Positions 39,168 to 54,900 of a DNA stretch of 64,000 nucleotides are shown piece by piece (within the stretch, counting starts at the first letter, position 1; every line of letters begins with the position of its first letter). Both the position numbers and the translations under genes were made by a program. Below the pieces are notes generated by a model, which searched no databases, was not told the DNA's origin, and worked only from the letters and a program-made list of their open reading frames with translations. The DNA is taken from the NCBI GenBank assembly GCA_000320545.1, contig ADNK01002372.1:1-64000 (forward strand), in the 5' to 3' direction. Source of the stretch: Bigelowiella natans CCMP2755 (taxonomy: Eukaryota; Protista; Cercozoa).

Positions 39168-42100
39168 TATTTATAATATATAATATGCACACGTATATTG
39201 CTTCTTTGTTTTCTTCTAATGAAAACTTGTGGAAGTTCTAGATAAACTTTCCTACCGCTGATAATCATAGGCAGAGATAATCTTCGACCTGATACTGTGA
39301 AAATGTGCAGGAGATTGTCCTAATAGTAGATGGAAGAAAAGACTCACGATGATGATGGTAATGATGACGATGCCGATGATAATGATGGTGATGACACCGA
39401 CGACATTCACTACCCTCTCTACCTATCTACCAACGAGTTTTAATGGGAAGCAGCGAAAGTGCAAGCAGCAGAAATATTCATGCATGGGGTGGAAAATCAT
39501 CGAGGTAGTAGCCCTTATAATGTGCTCCCGGCTAGTAGTAGCAGCAGTAAGTAGTAGTAGTAGAACTAATAGTACTAGTAGTAGTAATATTGATGTGAAA
39601 TTGTGCTACCTGCGTGGCAGCAACGACGGCATGCTGATTTGCTGCAACAGCTAAGACACGTGCAGGCATCGTCCTTTTCCAAATAATTACTCTTTGCCGT
39701 TTATTATGATTATCATCGTCGCCGTCAGCTTCATTTCCATCCTCTGACGTGCTCCTCCTTCTGGTGCTGTTCAATCGGGCTGCCATTATCAATAACCACT
39801 CGCAGCTGCTTCCTCTACTACTGCTACAAATAAATAATATAGCAGCACACCAATAAAAAGTAGTACTATCTTAGTAGTGCGATAAATCCATCATTTTTAC
39901 TCTCGCCTCCTTCTCCTCCTCTTATTCTCTAGAAATCAGTATTAATACAGCAACACAGTGATGATGATGATAATGATGATCATCATCATCTGTTCAGTTG
40001 CCTTTCATCAATCACCTGTCACTGCTCTTAGCACTGTAGACCTGGTAGTTCGTGGCCCCTGTGGTGGCATCACCATCACCATCATCATCATAATCGTTCT
40101 CATCACTTCCATTTTGGCCGTGATGCTTCAGCTCACGACGTAAGAGGTGGTGGCGCCGTGAATCGAGCTCGTTGCTGCCGCTTTTGTTGTCGTTGAATGA
40201 GCTGGTGTTGTTCAGTGTAATACAGCACCTTACGACAGCGGGAATTCGATCAGGGTGAAGCCAACCATAACTATTATTACTACATGGTGATTGCTGCTGC
40301 TGCTGCGGCTGTGACGATGATGATGGCTCGACATTACTACTATCAGCACCATCGTCGCCTGCAACTTCAGAAATGCTACTTCTACCACCACCACCAACCC
40401 CCCCTCCTCCTCCTTCACCGTAATTGTCGCTGCGCGTTCTTTTCGTTCTCCTTCCATTCCCCATCATCATCTTCGTTGTCATAATATCCTCGATTTCCAT
40501 TGTTGGTCTTATTCTTCTATTGCCGCCATCTTTTCTTTTTCTTCTTCTTTCTGACGGGGAGGGTGACCTGGGTGATGACGAGGATTGTGGAAGCGACGAA
40601 GACCGTTCACCCGACCGCCTATATGGTGGGACACTATTATTATCACCACCACTACCACCAGTATTCGCAGGAAGAGGAGCTGCGAGTGATGATGATGCGG
40701 AATATGTTAATGATGAGCTATTATTGGTGTCCACAGCCCCTGAAGAAGACCTCGACGACGACATTACAGGGACAATACGTCTTTTGCCGCTTGATGTATA
40801 CACCTCTTCTTGCTTCGATTCCACCGACAATGTTTGAGTAACATGACGACGACGACGATGATGATCTTTCTCTTTGCTACTCCCATTTCTCTTTCTTTCT
40901 TTACTATTTGCAACTTCTTCTTTATCTCCCTCAAACGATGATGACGGTGGGAAATTTTCAACAGTTGCTGATTCCATCGCTGCTACCGGCTGCTCCTCTC
41001 TTCTTCGCAACTCCAAGATCTCTGGAGTTTCTACTATGAACTCCTGATTTAGTCCTCTTTGACACCCGCCTCTGACTACAAGAGTCTCTCCCTTCCTTTC
41101 ATGTTCAACGTGAAGGTGCTCCTTCAGATTTAACCTCAAAATAGCAATAAACTCATTCAGAAAGTTAAATGTGGAACCTCTTAACATACATTCGTAACAT
41201 ACATAGAAATAATGCTTATGACTCAACAGCAACAATCGCCACCTAAATACCTTATATACGCCAATGTTCCGTCATACGAACAGACTAGTATGCCATTACC
41301 ACCTGCGCCGAATGGTGAGATATCACGATTTGTTGTTGTGTTGTTGCTTTTTACTGTATGAGATTATGTTATTGTTATCTTTTTACTTGGAGTCCATGCT
41401 AGATCTAAAACAGTTTTCTTAAATGCGCGATCCAGCGATATGATTGCTTTATTTCGTGTGCTAGTCCATATAGTAACTTTTTTGTCCATCCCACCAATAG
41501 CAAGAGCGTACACAGGCTGAAATGGTGATAATTATGACGGAATACAGCATGCTTACATTAAATTCACATTCTGAGATACAATCCTTTCCTACGAACGTAG
41601 GTCAATGTTTAGTGCTGTTGTGGGTATATTATATTATCATTTTTATAATTGTTATAATCACAATTATTATTGGATTAGCAATGATAACAACCTTTCCGGT
41701 TTGTAAGTCCTTGAGCATTTTGGGACAAAATTTGACTACAGTTGTTGGACGATTATGCCCTAAATATTCCACGACGGGCTTCCAAGAACCTCTTTCAAAC
41801 ATCGGCGATACGAAAGTCTTACTTTCTCCATAATACCCACGGCATGCAGCTAAATATTTCCCATCTGAAGACCAACTTAATCTAGTGTATGTTACCTGTA
41901 AACAGCACAACCACAATGAATAGTGGTAACAACGCATACATAATACTGATAACCTGAAAAATGAGATCTTTTTCAGAAGAAACACGACCAAACTGCTTTG
42001 CCTCAAATGGCTTGGTTATTCTCTTTACGCTTTTGCCATCCTCAATATTCCAAAGAATAACAGATCCGTCTAATGCCTGTGTAGCAAGGAAGCGATCTTT

Positions 42101-43156
42101 TGGGTCCCAAGTCACACCTGTGACCCACCCTGTATGTCCTCGTAGTACACGCAAAGGCGTTCCTAATTGGGAGAAGAATACGCGAAAGGATGGAGATATC
42201 AGAAACTATCATCATCACTGCTAGAATAAACTGAACACCTTCGTTTACACTATCAAAACCAATATAGTCAACATATTTATGTATTACCTTGCTTTGTTGA
42301 CCAAATGACGACAGTGTTGTCCACATGGCATGATGCAACACGCCTGAGAGTTTTAGAGTAAGTTTGTAGGTAATGCTCTTGCAAATCGGGATGAATTTGT
42401 CGTTATTTATTTGCCACACCTAGAACGCGGGTCCCATGCCAGATCAAGAACTTCAGTGCTGCTCCCTGTCTTCAAAACAGCTTTACAAGCCCAGTTTTCT
42501 ATGCATACGTCTAAATAAAATTCAAGTGATTTAAGTACTATTACAGGATTAGAATGTAATAATATTTCAAAACCTTGTCCACCGAAAAAGGAAGAAGAGC
42601 TCCCCAAAAAACCCTCATTTGAATTATTTTCGAGTCTCCATATCATCACACTCTTGTCATCCGACCCACTTGCAAGATATGTCCCATCTCTGAATTTTGT
42701 AGAAGAATGTGAGTTTGGGGGAAGTCAACTTGCAATCTTCACATACTTTGACCACTTAACGCAGTTCACTGATCCCATGTGATTCTTCAGAATTGCAAGG
42801 AGCCTTTCCTTACATTCACTACTGGCACAATTTTGGTTAAAGTTTTTCCTTTTCTCATATTCGCATTCTCGGTCAAGTTCGGACGTACTCCAAATTTTGA
42901 CGGAACCTATTAATGCAAAGATTGATGAATAGGGATTTCAAAGTGAAATGAGGGGACTTCACAACCTGAGCCTCCTGTTGCAAATCTGGTTCCATCAGGA
43001 TGCACATCAACGCTGTATATTGGCGACGAATCTCTCGCTTGCGAGGAAGAAGGGGGAGGTGATGGCAAATCCCTGCATTTCATTCCACCTGGATTTCGGC
43101 TGTGGCTAACCCAAGACGGGAACAGAATGATCACAGGGGTTGTTTCCCGCAACTCT

Positions 43157-43190
<34 letters not shown>

Positions 43191-43236
43191 GGACTTCATT
43201 ATCCTCACTTTTCTCACTTCTTCCTACACTTGCCAT
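37521..43236 (-). CDS. HIRA: Histone H3.3 chaperone HIRA (WD40 repeats, B-domain, C-terminal Hira domain); multi-exon
   Basis: PSWVSH..IYSVDVHPDGTRFATGG, YLASGSDDKS, VLRGHTGWVTGVTWDPKDRFLATQ, YTRLSWSSDG, B-domain QEEVYTSSGKRRIVP, and C-terminal EHLEQKL..LDELVQQLLGP..KRDVLKRLLP. Confidence 0.92.
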
Positions 43237-43799
43237 TCCGAAGACGGTGCGAGTTACAACACACTACAAGCGTTCAATGCGATTTGGTCTAGTGGTCTTC
43301 CTACGCAAGAAAGGGTTCGTAAGCTTCCAGTTTCCGAAATATTTGAGAGTTATCATGTGGATTGAATGTTGTTTCCTACGAACAGGCATTTTTCTTCTTT
43401 TTCATCTTAATCATACCACAAATAACTTACTGGATGAATTTCATGGAGAATTTACAGAACAATACCTAATATGCTAAGGAATCTATCCCCACTTCCTGTA
43501 TAGATCTGATAGCATATCTCCCATGTGGATTCTGAACCAGATAAAATGGCGGGAAATTCCGGTTTTTCTTTCAGATCTATTTCAGTTTGTTCAAACGAAG
43601 ACCATATCTGGGGATCTCCAGTGATTCTCGAGTTCGTCACTGACGGATGCGACATGGCAATACCTGTTACTAACCGCTTTTGTTGTTGAGGAAACGTGCG
43701 CCATAACGGGTTTACCCCTTCCCAATATTTCACCAGTTACTCTGCCCATTGAAGCTGCGTAAGGGGTTGGGGGGGCTCATTGGAGAGAGACATACCAGC

Positions 43800-44836
43800 A
43801 TGGAATGGTTACGTGACCAGGCCGCCAAGGCCCTCTCGGACCCTAAAGCCTACTTGCAGCCACAGAAAGTCATAGATCTTTTCAACAATATGGGAGCCGA
43901 TGACACGAAGGTCCTCTGCTAGACAATATTTTCTCAATAGATTTTCATCAAAGTGTGGAGAAATCATATCTTATTTTATAATAGGCAATCAACGAGTTTC
44001 TCACAGAGAGTCCATGCAATACGGCACTTATACTGTTCGTTGTTAACTCGAACGAAAGAATTCTACGAGAGACAAAGGGAGCTGAGCAGAAGTCTAAGCA
44101 GAGACAGGGTGCGTTTACCGAAAATTAAAATTTCAGAATGGAGTTTGAGAAACTCATTTTCAAAACATACCTTTTGAACATTGACAACCATCATTTTCAG
44201 ATGGTGGTACATTGGTCATGGAGGCGTCATTGGGGAATCTTCCGGATCATGCAGGAGATAAGAAGTCTATATACTTTGTGAAAAACGTCGAAGGAGTGGT
44301 AGGGCCTTTGAATGATTCATTATCTTATCGTTTATACAATTAGTATCTTATCAATGCGTACATAAATAGGTTGGAAGCCCTGAAGAAGATCTTGACCATG
44401 GAGTTATCCCTGCAAACAATTCCAACATGTTACTTGCTCTTGAACACCTCCTCAAAGATATTTTTATTCCTATGGTGGAGAATGACAAATCATTCAACGA
44501 GTCCGTTGGAATGAATGGAATGGGGCATAAAACAGCTCCAGACTCCGAAGCTACCGAAACTATGCAGAAAACAGCGTCAGAAGGCAAAGATGATGATCGG
44601 AAAGAAGAGGAACCTGGTCAAGTTACTGAAATGGGAGGAAAACTAAAACAGTTTTCGACGCATATAGGAAACGTTATACAAAAGGTGAGTTTTCTTAGAG
44701 AATTCAAACTATCCGGCTAAGGCGGAACCAGCATGCTTTCATAATTTTATTCTATTCAATCCACATAAATGAATGGTTTGTCGAATGTCAAGGGCAAATG
44801 CAAATCTGCACAAGTACATCCATCTGTAACACACAC

Positions 44837-44881
<45 letters not shown>

Positions 44882-47800
44882 AATCAGGTGTCCGGGAACA
44901 TTAAACTTCCTGTGCCGGATGTGTGTATCGATGCGAAGGACGTTAAAAAGGCTGCTAATGATCTTGATATTGTCTCGAAACTTAAACCCGTTTTGGACAA
45001 ATGGATTCACATGATAAAGGATAGACTTGAAAATGAATTGGCAAAACCTAAGCCCGTAAATCCCATGGGTGAAATTCAGTTTTGGAAGGACAGTAATGCG
45101 ATGCTAAGTGCCCTCTATGAGCAAATCACAATGCCAAATATCAGGAATTTCGTTAAAGTGCTGGAACTAGCGGAGGTCGTTGCAATTGAAAGTTTCAAGA
45201 AGCAATTGGGAATGCTACTCAAGCGTTATGTAGAAGCTAAAGACAACGTGAAGTTTCTTCGAACTTTGGAGCGACATTTCAAAAATATAGAAAGTGGAAA
45301 GCTGAACGTAATCCTTGATACCATTCCATCAATGATGGAATCTCTTCGAATGGTTTGGATTATCTCCCGCCACTACAATCGTGAGGAGCGTATGTTCCCC
45401 CTTCTAAAACTCATTGCCCAGCAAATTGCAGAGAAAGTTGAGAAAGCAATCGACATAAAAAAAATACTGGTACGGTACTCGGAGGAGGAGGCCATTAAAC
45501 AGTTAAATTCTGCAATCGCGGTGCTTAAGCAGTGGAAAGACAGCTACATGAAAGTCATGCGCCAAATCGCAAAGGATTGTGAAAATAGTGGTATGGCACA
45601 ATGGAGTTTTGATAGAAAAACGCTATTTGATAAAACTATTTACATGGCAACTTCATGCGAGGCTCTCATGCATATGGTGAATACCTCCTATCAATTTCGA
45701 AATTTTCTTGGAAAGGAGCTCCAAAACGTTACTGGAGACGCAAAATCTATCGATACAGTTCGTGAAGAGGTTAGTGAATCTCTCCGTCCTATGCTCAATC
45801 TTGGCTTTTCGATCTTTGAAGAACCATTCGTGAAGCCTTGGAAAGAAGCTCAAGATCGTTACAAACTACACGTTAGCACAATAGAGACCAAGTGCAAGAA
45901 CTTGATTGACGAGAGCTTTAAAGAGGAGAAGCTTGAATCTGCCGAAGAAGCATTTCAACTGCTGGAAAAATTTAAAGATATTAACACTCTGGACTCGATT
46001 CGAAACAAAATGACCAGCAAAGTATCTGAGGTCCTCAAACAGTATATGAGCTCTCTCCAGGTGGTGGAGCAGACGTTTCAGGAAGGTGTAAATAGCCCCC
46101 CAATATCACGTAATCAACCTCCTGTCGCGGGAAGTATCGCATGGCTGCGATCACTCTATTTTCGCATCAAGAAACCTATTTTGAAATTCATCAAGATGAA
46201 AGATCCTCCCCCAATTTTCGAAGAGGTGAAAGAAAAGTACAAGCAGGTAGCGATGGCTATTACGAATCACGAAGATTCTATCTTCAAGGCATGGTGCGCC
46301 ATGGTCGAGACAAGAACTCAGGGTAGGCTCAAAGACAACATACTTCGCAGTGTAAAGCATTCAGTGGGATTTCTGACTAAAGATGAGATGATTGCCCGAG
46401 CAGCGGAAGAAGAACGCAAAAATGAACGCAAGAACACCCGAAAGAGTAATGCTCGTGACAATGACAATATAGGATCTTCAATGCTCAGAAGTAGTCGCCA
46501 TTCAACAAATTCTAATCGTTCCATGATTAGGAGAAGCTCGAGAAGCATAGCACATTCAAAAACGAGTTTAGGCAGAAGCCGTCAATCTGCTAGCACATTC
46601 TCACCAAATGATGCATTTGGACAAAGTATGGCAGGAAGGGATCTGAACTTTTTGATTCCTGAGGTTATGCCAAATGGAGAAAAGGTCATGAGTAAGCTAG
46701 AGGTTAACTTTTCCCCTGAATTGCGCCAGCTTCTTCGAGAGGCAACGAATCTATCCAGAATGGGGAAGAAAATCCCTGATGTTGCTTTTAACATAGCGCT
46801 GCAAGAGAAGAAATTTCATAGTCTAGTTGAACAGCTGAAAGCTATGCTTAAGACATATGATGACGTAATTGCACGTCTCTCTGATGTGGAAAAGGAATTA
46901 TTTATGAAACATATTCATCAATTACATAAAGTTATGGTGCAAGGTTGTTCGCGATTGAATTGGACTTCTCTTGGTACAGAGACATTCATCAAGAAGTGCA
47001 ACGACGAAATTTCAAAGTTCTCTACAATCGTGGATCAAGTTCAGAAGAAAGCAAAGATGATTGCAAAAAATGTTATTGAAATTCGCAATACTGAACTCGT
47101 GAATGTTAATGAGTTTGCTCATCGCAAGGAACCCATGTCCATTACTGCTGTGAAAGAGATTATGGACAAAACTCTCCAGGCAGCCTTAAGAAAACTGGTG
47201 AAAACTCACACTGATATTCCTCAAATTTTGATTCAGATGGAGAACGATATCTCAGAAGGAAAAGAGGTTAAAAAACATGAGGCAAAAAGACAAGCTGATG
47301 TAACTGGTAATTCACAAGCAGTGGGCAGAAAGGCCAACTTTGCGACAGAGGGATGGCCAAGACCTGGAGCCCATCCAAGTATGGGGAGTTACTATAAGTT
47401 CTGGGAAGTACAAATCTACCATGCTCTCTGCGATTGCATTTCTCGTGGAATAGGGAACTTGAGGAGAGTGCTTGAGAGTGACTTAGTAGTATCAGGGCCA
47501 AATGACGATGAAAAGCCAAAGATTCCTTTGATTACAATTGAGCTACGGATAACATCAACCTCCCCGCAAATCCAGTCGATACCACAGCTTGAGGGCTCCC
47601 TTGAGGCTTTCCGAAAGCTACAGCAGAATATTCAAAACTGCTCGAAATCGTTTATTCGATGGGCGCGTGGAACCTGTTTGTCCACTTCTCTTTGGCCTGG
47701 AGATGCAGATAATGATGATGAAGAACCACAGTGGAATTTTGAAGAGTACGTTAGAACTGACCCGCAAATTCTCGCTCAAAGTACCGAATTCTTGCTCTAC

Positions 47801-48874
47801 CTGAATAAGCTTCAAATGCAAGTGAACACGTACATTCATAGCTGGAAGAAGTACAGCACTGCAGGTGGCCATAAAAACGAATACGGCACAAGGGTAAGCG
47901 GTTTCGATTTGTGGAACAGCAAGAAATTTCAGGACCTAGAGATGCTCAGGCAGAATCTCCCCAGTTCTACTTTTTTTGATGACATTCTTCATTATTACAG
48001 CATGATAAAGAATAAGGTTGATTCGGAAGAGGCTGTCGTGATTGTGGGATTTATCCAACTTAATTGTTCTCCATTGCTCAAAACTGTACGGAGAAAAGCT
48101 GAAGAATGGTTCCAACGGTACGGAGATGTGTTGCGGGAAGCCGCCGAGAAAAGCTTATACGAGCTGAGCGATCAGATCGTCGTACTGAGGCGTGACCTTG
48201 GCAAGCCGCCTAATGGGTTCGAAGAAACGAAATTCGTAATTGACGTCATCAAAAAGATTCAAGGCATGTCTTTGGAAATGGAGATCAAGTTCCCCATTGT
48301 CCTCGACCAATATAATATCCTTCGGGACCACAAAATTGAGCTCAAAGCCGCAGATTTGAAACTTGCTAGTGGTATTCGCAGCAACTGGAAGGACCTTGTT
48401 TTAGAGTCCTACAAAAAGGACTCCAGGCTTACATTGGTCAAAAAGCGTTTCAAAAAATACACACTAAAGCGAATGGAGCAATTCAAAGAAATGGTAGCCA
48501 AGTGCTTTGTAGAGTTCCAACGAGACGGCCCTATGACGCCCTCTGAAGAAAATACTCAGGTATTTTCCGACGAGAAAGCAGCTGCTAAACATGAAGCACG
48601 TCGGAAGAAAGGCCTCGTAAAGATGGATCTTAATTATGGACTTCAGAAATTGAAACACTTCCGCAAAGAGATTGGCAAGTTGGGAGAAATGAGGGACAAC
48701 TTTGGTCGTTGCGAAATTCTATTTAATATTCCTCCTCAAGCATATCCAACCCTGTATAAGATGGAATCTCAAATGGTCGAACTTGAGAAGATATACGCTA
48801 TCTATACGGAATTTCAGGTTGTTTTGTTGCCAAAAATCACAAATCTATCACCTTATATTTGTGTGTAATTATAC

Positions 48875-48938
<64 letters not shown>

Positions 48939-51900
48939 AGTGTTGGGTTAGATATTCGTGGTATGACCACATTACTGCTTCCCCATTATCATTCTAAAAC
49001 TGAAATGTGTAACAACGATAGGCCAAGGTGGAGAGTTGGTCGACGACGTTGTGGGTCAATCTTGACGCAAAGGTTATTGAGAAGGGCAGCAAGGCTATGG
49101 TGAAGATTGCGAAAGAAGCACCAGAGGAATTAAAGCAATACAACTGCTTTGTTGCACTCAAGGATACTATCGATGGATTTCGAAACTCTGTTCCATTATT
49201 TTCAGCTCTCAAATCTGATACAATGCGACCTCGGCATTGGAAACAAGTAGAAGTTTTCTCTGGTATCGAAATTGACATGAATCCCGCTACCTTCAACTTG
49301 AAGATTTTGTTTGCAATGAAGCTACATCGTTTTAAAGATCAAATTTTAGAAATGGTCGCTGCCAGTAGAGGAGAGGCAGGCATTGAAAAATCGTTACAAG
49401 AAATATCAGTTTACTGGAAGAAGGTGTTTTTCACTCTTCGCCCTTACAAGGAGAACCCTGCCAAAGGGTACTTGCTTGACGATCCAGCAGATATCTGCAT
49501 GCAGATTGAAGATAACTCGATGACCCTCGCGGGCATGTCTGCGTCACCTTTTGCAGGAGCCCATTCACGGGCACTTAGGCAATGGGAGGGAGACCTCAAT
49601 CTTGTAAACGAATGTATATCCGCTTGGAAAACGGTGCAGATGAAATGGACCTATTTGGAAGGCATTTTCATGGATTCTGATGATATTCGCATGCAGTTGC
49701 CGAAGGCGGCCAAGAAATTCGAGAAGGTAAACGCCTCTTTCAAGAAGATAATGATAGAGACCAAGCAAAACCCAAATGTGATCTCAACGTGTAAGATAGA
49801 AGGCAGGTTAGAGGGATTGCAGAATCTCAGCAAGGAGTTGGATCAATGTCAAAAGAAACTATCGGACTATCTTGAGCGGAAGAGGTGCTTATTCCCTAGA
49901 TTCTTCTTCATTTCAGATGACGAACTTCTCTACATCCTTGGAAGCTCTGATCCTACCAAAATCCAAACTCACATGCCAAAGCTCTTCGCGAATGCAAAAT
50001 CTTTGAAATTTGTGAGGGGTAACACCGCTGTAGGTGGCATGGCTTCTACCAAGCAAGAAGTGTTTGACTTTAAGAAGGTGGTGAAAATTGAAGGCAAGGT
50101 TGAAGAATGGATGAATGGAGTGGAGTCTGAAATGAAAGCAAGTTTGCACCAGATCACTAAAGAAGCTGTATTCAATTACGCAAATGAAAAAAGAACTGAG
50201 TGGATTTTCGAAAATCTTCAAAGCATCGTTCTTGCTGGCAGTCAAATATGGTGGACTTGGGAAGTAGAAGATGCCTTCAATCAGGTCAAAAAGGGGCACA
50301 AACATGCAATGAAAGCACTTGCGAAGAAGCTTACTTCCCAGCTTAACGACCTTGTTAATGCAATTCGAGGAAATCTTGCGAAGATGCAAAGGCGAAAACT
50401 AAACACCCTGATTATCATTGATGTACATGCGAGGGACATCATTGATTCCTTTGTTAGGGACTCGATCCTCGATGCAACAGAGTTTGCATGGGAATCTCAG
50501 CTACGCTTTTACTGGGAGAGAAAGGTAGACGATATTCGGATTCGTCAATGCACTGGAAATTTCTCGTTTGGATACGAATATATGGGTCAAGATGGGCGTT
50601 TGGTCATCACCCCCCTCACGGATAGATGCTACATGACGTTAACACAAGCTTTGACCTTTCATCTCGGTGGATCTCCTGCTGGTCCTGCAGGAACAGGAAA
50701 AACAGAGACTGTAAAAGACCTCTCAAAGGCCATGGGCCTCATCTGCATTGTTACTAATTGTGGAGAAGGTTTGGACTTCAGAGCGATGGGGTCCATTTTC
50801 TCTGGATTAGCGCAAACAGGCGCATGGGGATGTTTCGATGAGTTTAATCGAATCAACATTGAGGTTCTTTCAGTCGTCTCCACTCAGTTGAGAACCATTC
50901 AAAATGCTCTCCATGCTAATGTCAAACGTTTTGAGTTTTGTGGTAAAGAAATAAACCTAAATCCAACTGTCGGTTTCTTTGTCACGATGAACCCTGGGTA
51001 TGAAGGACGTACAGAGCTTCCCGACAATCTCAAAGCCATGTTCCGACCTGTTACTATGATTCGTCCTGATTTGCAACAAATTTGTGAAATTATGCTGTTC
51101 TCCGAGGGATTTAATGGCGCTAGAGCATTGGCTAAGAAGATGACAGTGCTATACAGTCTCGCTCAGGGTCAGCTCTCGAAACAACATCATTACGATTTCG
51201 GACTGAGGGCATTGAAGTCTGTGCTTGTCATGGCAGGGCAGCTGAAGCGTGCAACGCCCGAATTCGCGGAAGATTTAGTCTTGATGAGAGCTCTGAGAGA
51301 CATGAACACGCCGAAATTTATTTTCGAGGACGTACCTTTATTTAAAGGATTACTGAACGACCTCTTTCCTGGTGCAAACTTGAAGCGTGTGGTAAACAAG
51401 CAACTGAAGGAAGCTGTGACAACGCAGCTTGTCGCAGGACTTTACAAACATGATGACGATGTTGTATTCACAAAGCAGGTAGATAAAGTAATGCAACTTT
51501 ATGAGACCATGCTTACGCGCCACACAACTATGGTCGTGGGGCCTACTGCCGGTGGGAAATCGCTGGTTATTGACACGTTAGCAAAGGCCCAGACAAAAGG
51601 ATTTGGCCTGAAAACGACCTTATTTCCTATCAATGCGAAATCCATGACCCTTCCTGAACTCTACGGTGTTATGGATCCCGCCACCCGTGATTGGACCGAT
51701 GGCCTTATTTCAAAAACATTTCGTGATCTAAACCAACCTTTGCCGGAAGGAGTTGACGAAGCAAGATACATTGTTTTTGATGGCGATGTGGATGCTCTTT
51801 GGGTAGAAGACATGAATAGTGTTATGGACGACAACAAGACACTAACACTTCCAAATGGTGAGCGTATCAGGCTTGAGGATCACTGCAAGTTACTTTTTGA

Positions 51901-54900
51901 AGTTGGTGACCTGCAGTTTGCATCTCCCGCTACTGTAAGTCGTTGTGGTATGGTGTACGTTGATCCAAAAGACTTGCGTCACAAACCCTATTTCTTCCGT
52001 TGGATGATTCTCAGGACCAAAGATCTTCCACATGATGAGAAAAAGGCCGAGGAAGTTCCCGATTACAAATCGCGAAGGGACACTCAGCGTGAAATTTTGA
52101 TGTCATTTTATGACAAGTACATAGATAGATGTATCACTTTTGCTTTGGAAGGCATTGTAGATGGGTCTCAAATTGAAGGCGGTTCTTTAGACCTCCTCGT
52201 CCCTTTGACATCTCTCGGCCTTGTTAAGCAATGCTGCACTCTCTTCAACTCTATTTTGCCCTCGCAGCCAGGAGCAAAAGATCCACCGGAAGAGAAACCA
52301 AAACTGATGGAAAAGGCATTCGTATTTGCACTTACCTGGTCTGTTGGTGGATGTTTGAGCGCTCCAAGTAGGGAAAGATTCAACGAATTCTTGAAAGACA
52401 TCGCCAGTGGTAGGACACCAGGAGGAGCTCTGTACGATTACAAATTTAATCCTGAGAAGAATGAATGGGTAAAATGGCAGGATTTGGTTACAGAATATGT
52501 TCCACCAGAACCTTTCCAATTTTCTAAAATATTAGTCCCTACATCTGACACAGTAAGGTACAGATACATCCTGGAAAAAGTCGTCAAGAGTAAGACTCCT
52601 ATTTTATTTACTGGAGAGTCAGGAACTGCGAAGACTGTTATTATGAAAGACTTCATGGAGAATGGACTCAACCAGGACAGATACGCTAGCATGGCGATAA
52701 ACTTTAGCTCGCGGACATCAAGTCTCGATGTGCAGAATTCGATTATGGCCTCTGTTGAAAAACAATCTGGGGCAAACTATGCTCCAAAAGGGGGTAAACG
52801 CATGTTAGTGTTCGTTGACGATCTTAACATGCCATTCGTTGACAAATATAATACACAGCAGCCTAACGCCTTGCTCAAGTTTCTCATTGAACGAAATCAG
52901 CTTTTTGATAGAACTTCTGAGAATCCTGACAACATTATGCAAAAGCAAATGATAAGAGACCTTCTCTTTTCTGCCGCAATGGCTCCGCCTGGAGGTGGAA
53001 GAAATAGTGTAGATCCACGGTTTATCTCCCTCTTCAATGTCGTATCGTTCACATTCCCACCAAAACAAGCCCTAAAGCACATCTACTCGTCTATTATTGC
53101 TGCACACGTTGAAAACTTTGAGGGAGCAGTCCAGGAAGCAGCAAATAAAGTCACTTCTATGACGCTTGCTCTCTATGAGCAGCTTGGTAAGAACTTCAAA
53201 CGTACCCCTGCAAAGTTCCATTACGTGTTCAATCTGAGAGATTTGTCCAGGGTATATGAGGGAATACTTCAGAGTACTCCTGACGTATTTAAGACAGCCG
53301 CATCTTTCATACGATTGTGGAGAAGCGAAAATATGCGCATTTTTCACGACCGCCTAGTGAGTAACGAAGATCGTAAGAAAATGGTGAGAGTCATTGATGA
53401 TCTTGCGATTGGAGAATTCCCTGGAGAATCTGCTGAAATCCAAAGAGAACCCTGCATATTTGGCGACTTCAAGTACGTGGGAGACGCAAAAATGGAGGGA
53501 GAACCTAGATTGTACGAAGAGATCGACGACTTTAAATTAGTCGAGAAGATTTTCATGGGTGTTCTCGATGAACATAACGAGGATTCTGAAGAGAAAATGA
53601 ACCTCGTTCTATTCCAAGACGCTCTTGACCATCTTGTACGCATACATCGTATTTTGAAGATGCAGCGAGGCAATGCTCTCTTAGTGGGGGTGGGGGGCTC
53701 TGGAAAGCAAAGTCTAGCTAAACTTGCAGCATGGACTGCAGGATACGAAATATTCCAGATAACCCTCACGCGTACGTACGGAGAAGACGATTTTCGGGAA
53801 GATCTTAAAAAGTTGTATGAGCTCCTTGGTGCTAAAGACGGTGGAAAACCTGTCGTATTTCTTTTTACCGACGCCCATGTTAAGGATGAGAACTTTCTCG
53901 AAATGATCAACAATATGCTTACGTCGGGTATGGTTCCTGCGCTTTTCTCTGCAGACGAGAAAGCCCCACTGATTGATGCGGTAACCAAGGAGTGTAAAGC
54001 CGCTGGAATTGCTCCAAATCGGGAAAATTGCTGGAACTTTTTTGTGGATAAATGCAGAAACAATCTGCACATCGTTTTGTGCATGTCACCTTCGGGAAAT
54101 ACATTGCGTATTAGATGTCGTAATTTCCCTGGATTAGTGAGTAATACCATCATTGACTGGTTTTTCCCTTGGCCTCACTCTGCTTTGGAGGTTGTTGCGA
54201 CTCATTTTCTGAAAGAAGAGAAACTTCCAGAGGCACACCGAAAAAATATCATTGAACATATGGTTACCGTACATCTGGGTGTACAGAATTATTCAAAGAA
54301 ATTCGAAATTGAGTTGCGACGCTCAAACCACGTCACGCCTAAGAACTACTTGGACTATCTGAATGCGTACAAACTTACTCTCAAAGATAAGCTTGGTGAG
54401 AATCAAAGGCTGTACAAGCGGCTCGACGACGGTCTTAGCAAGCTTTTGGGAGCAGAGAAAGATGTCAAACGGTTGCAAGAGGAGATCAACGTTGCGAAAG
54501 TGGAGGTTGACAAAGCTTCCAAGACGACAGTTGAGTTAATTGAAAACATTGAAATCGCTACTAAGGAAGCGAACGTGCAGAAGGAAGAAGGCATGGAGTT
54601 AGAGAAGGAGCTCAAGGCAAAACAAGTAGTCATTGAGAGAGAAAGAGAATCAGCAAATAAGGATCTTGCCGCTGCTGAACCGGTACTTCAGGCTGCTGCT
54701 GATGCATTAGAGGAATTAAAGAAGAACAAGGAGAAGATTGATGAGCTAAAAGCATACGCTAACCCTCCGGAGTTAGTGAAGAGGGTGTTACAATGCGTGT
54801 TAGAGCTGCATCCTACTTCTGCAGACGCTAGTGGAGGCTGGGCTGCAGCTAAAGGAATGATGGGTGATACTAAATTCCTACCGAAACTTATCGGCTATAA

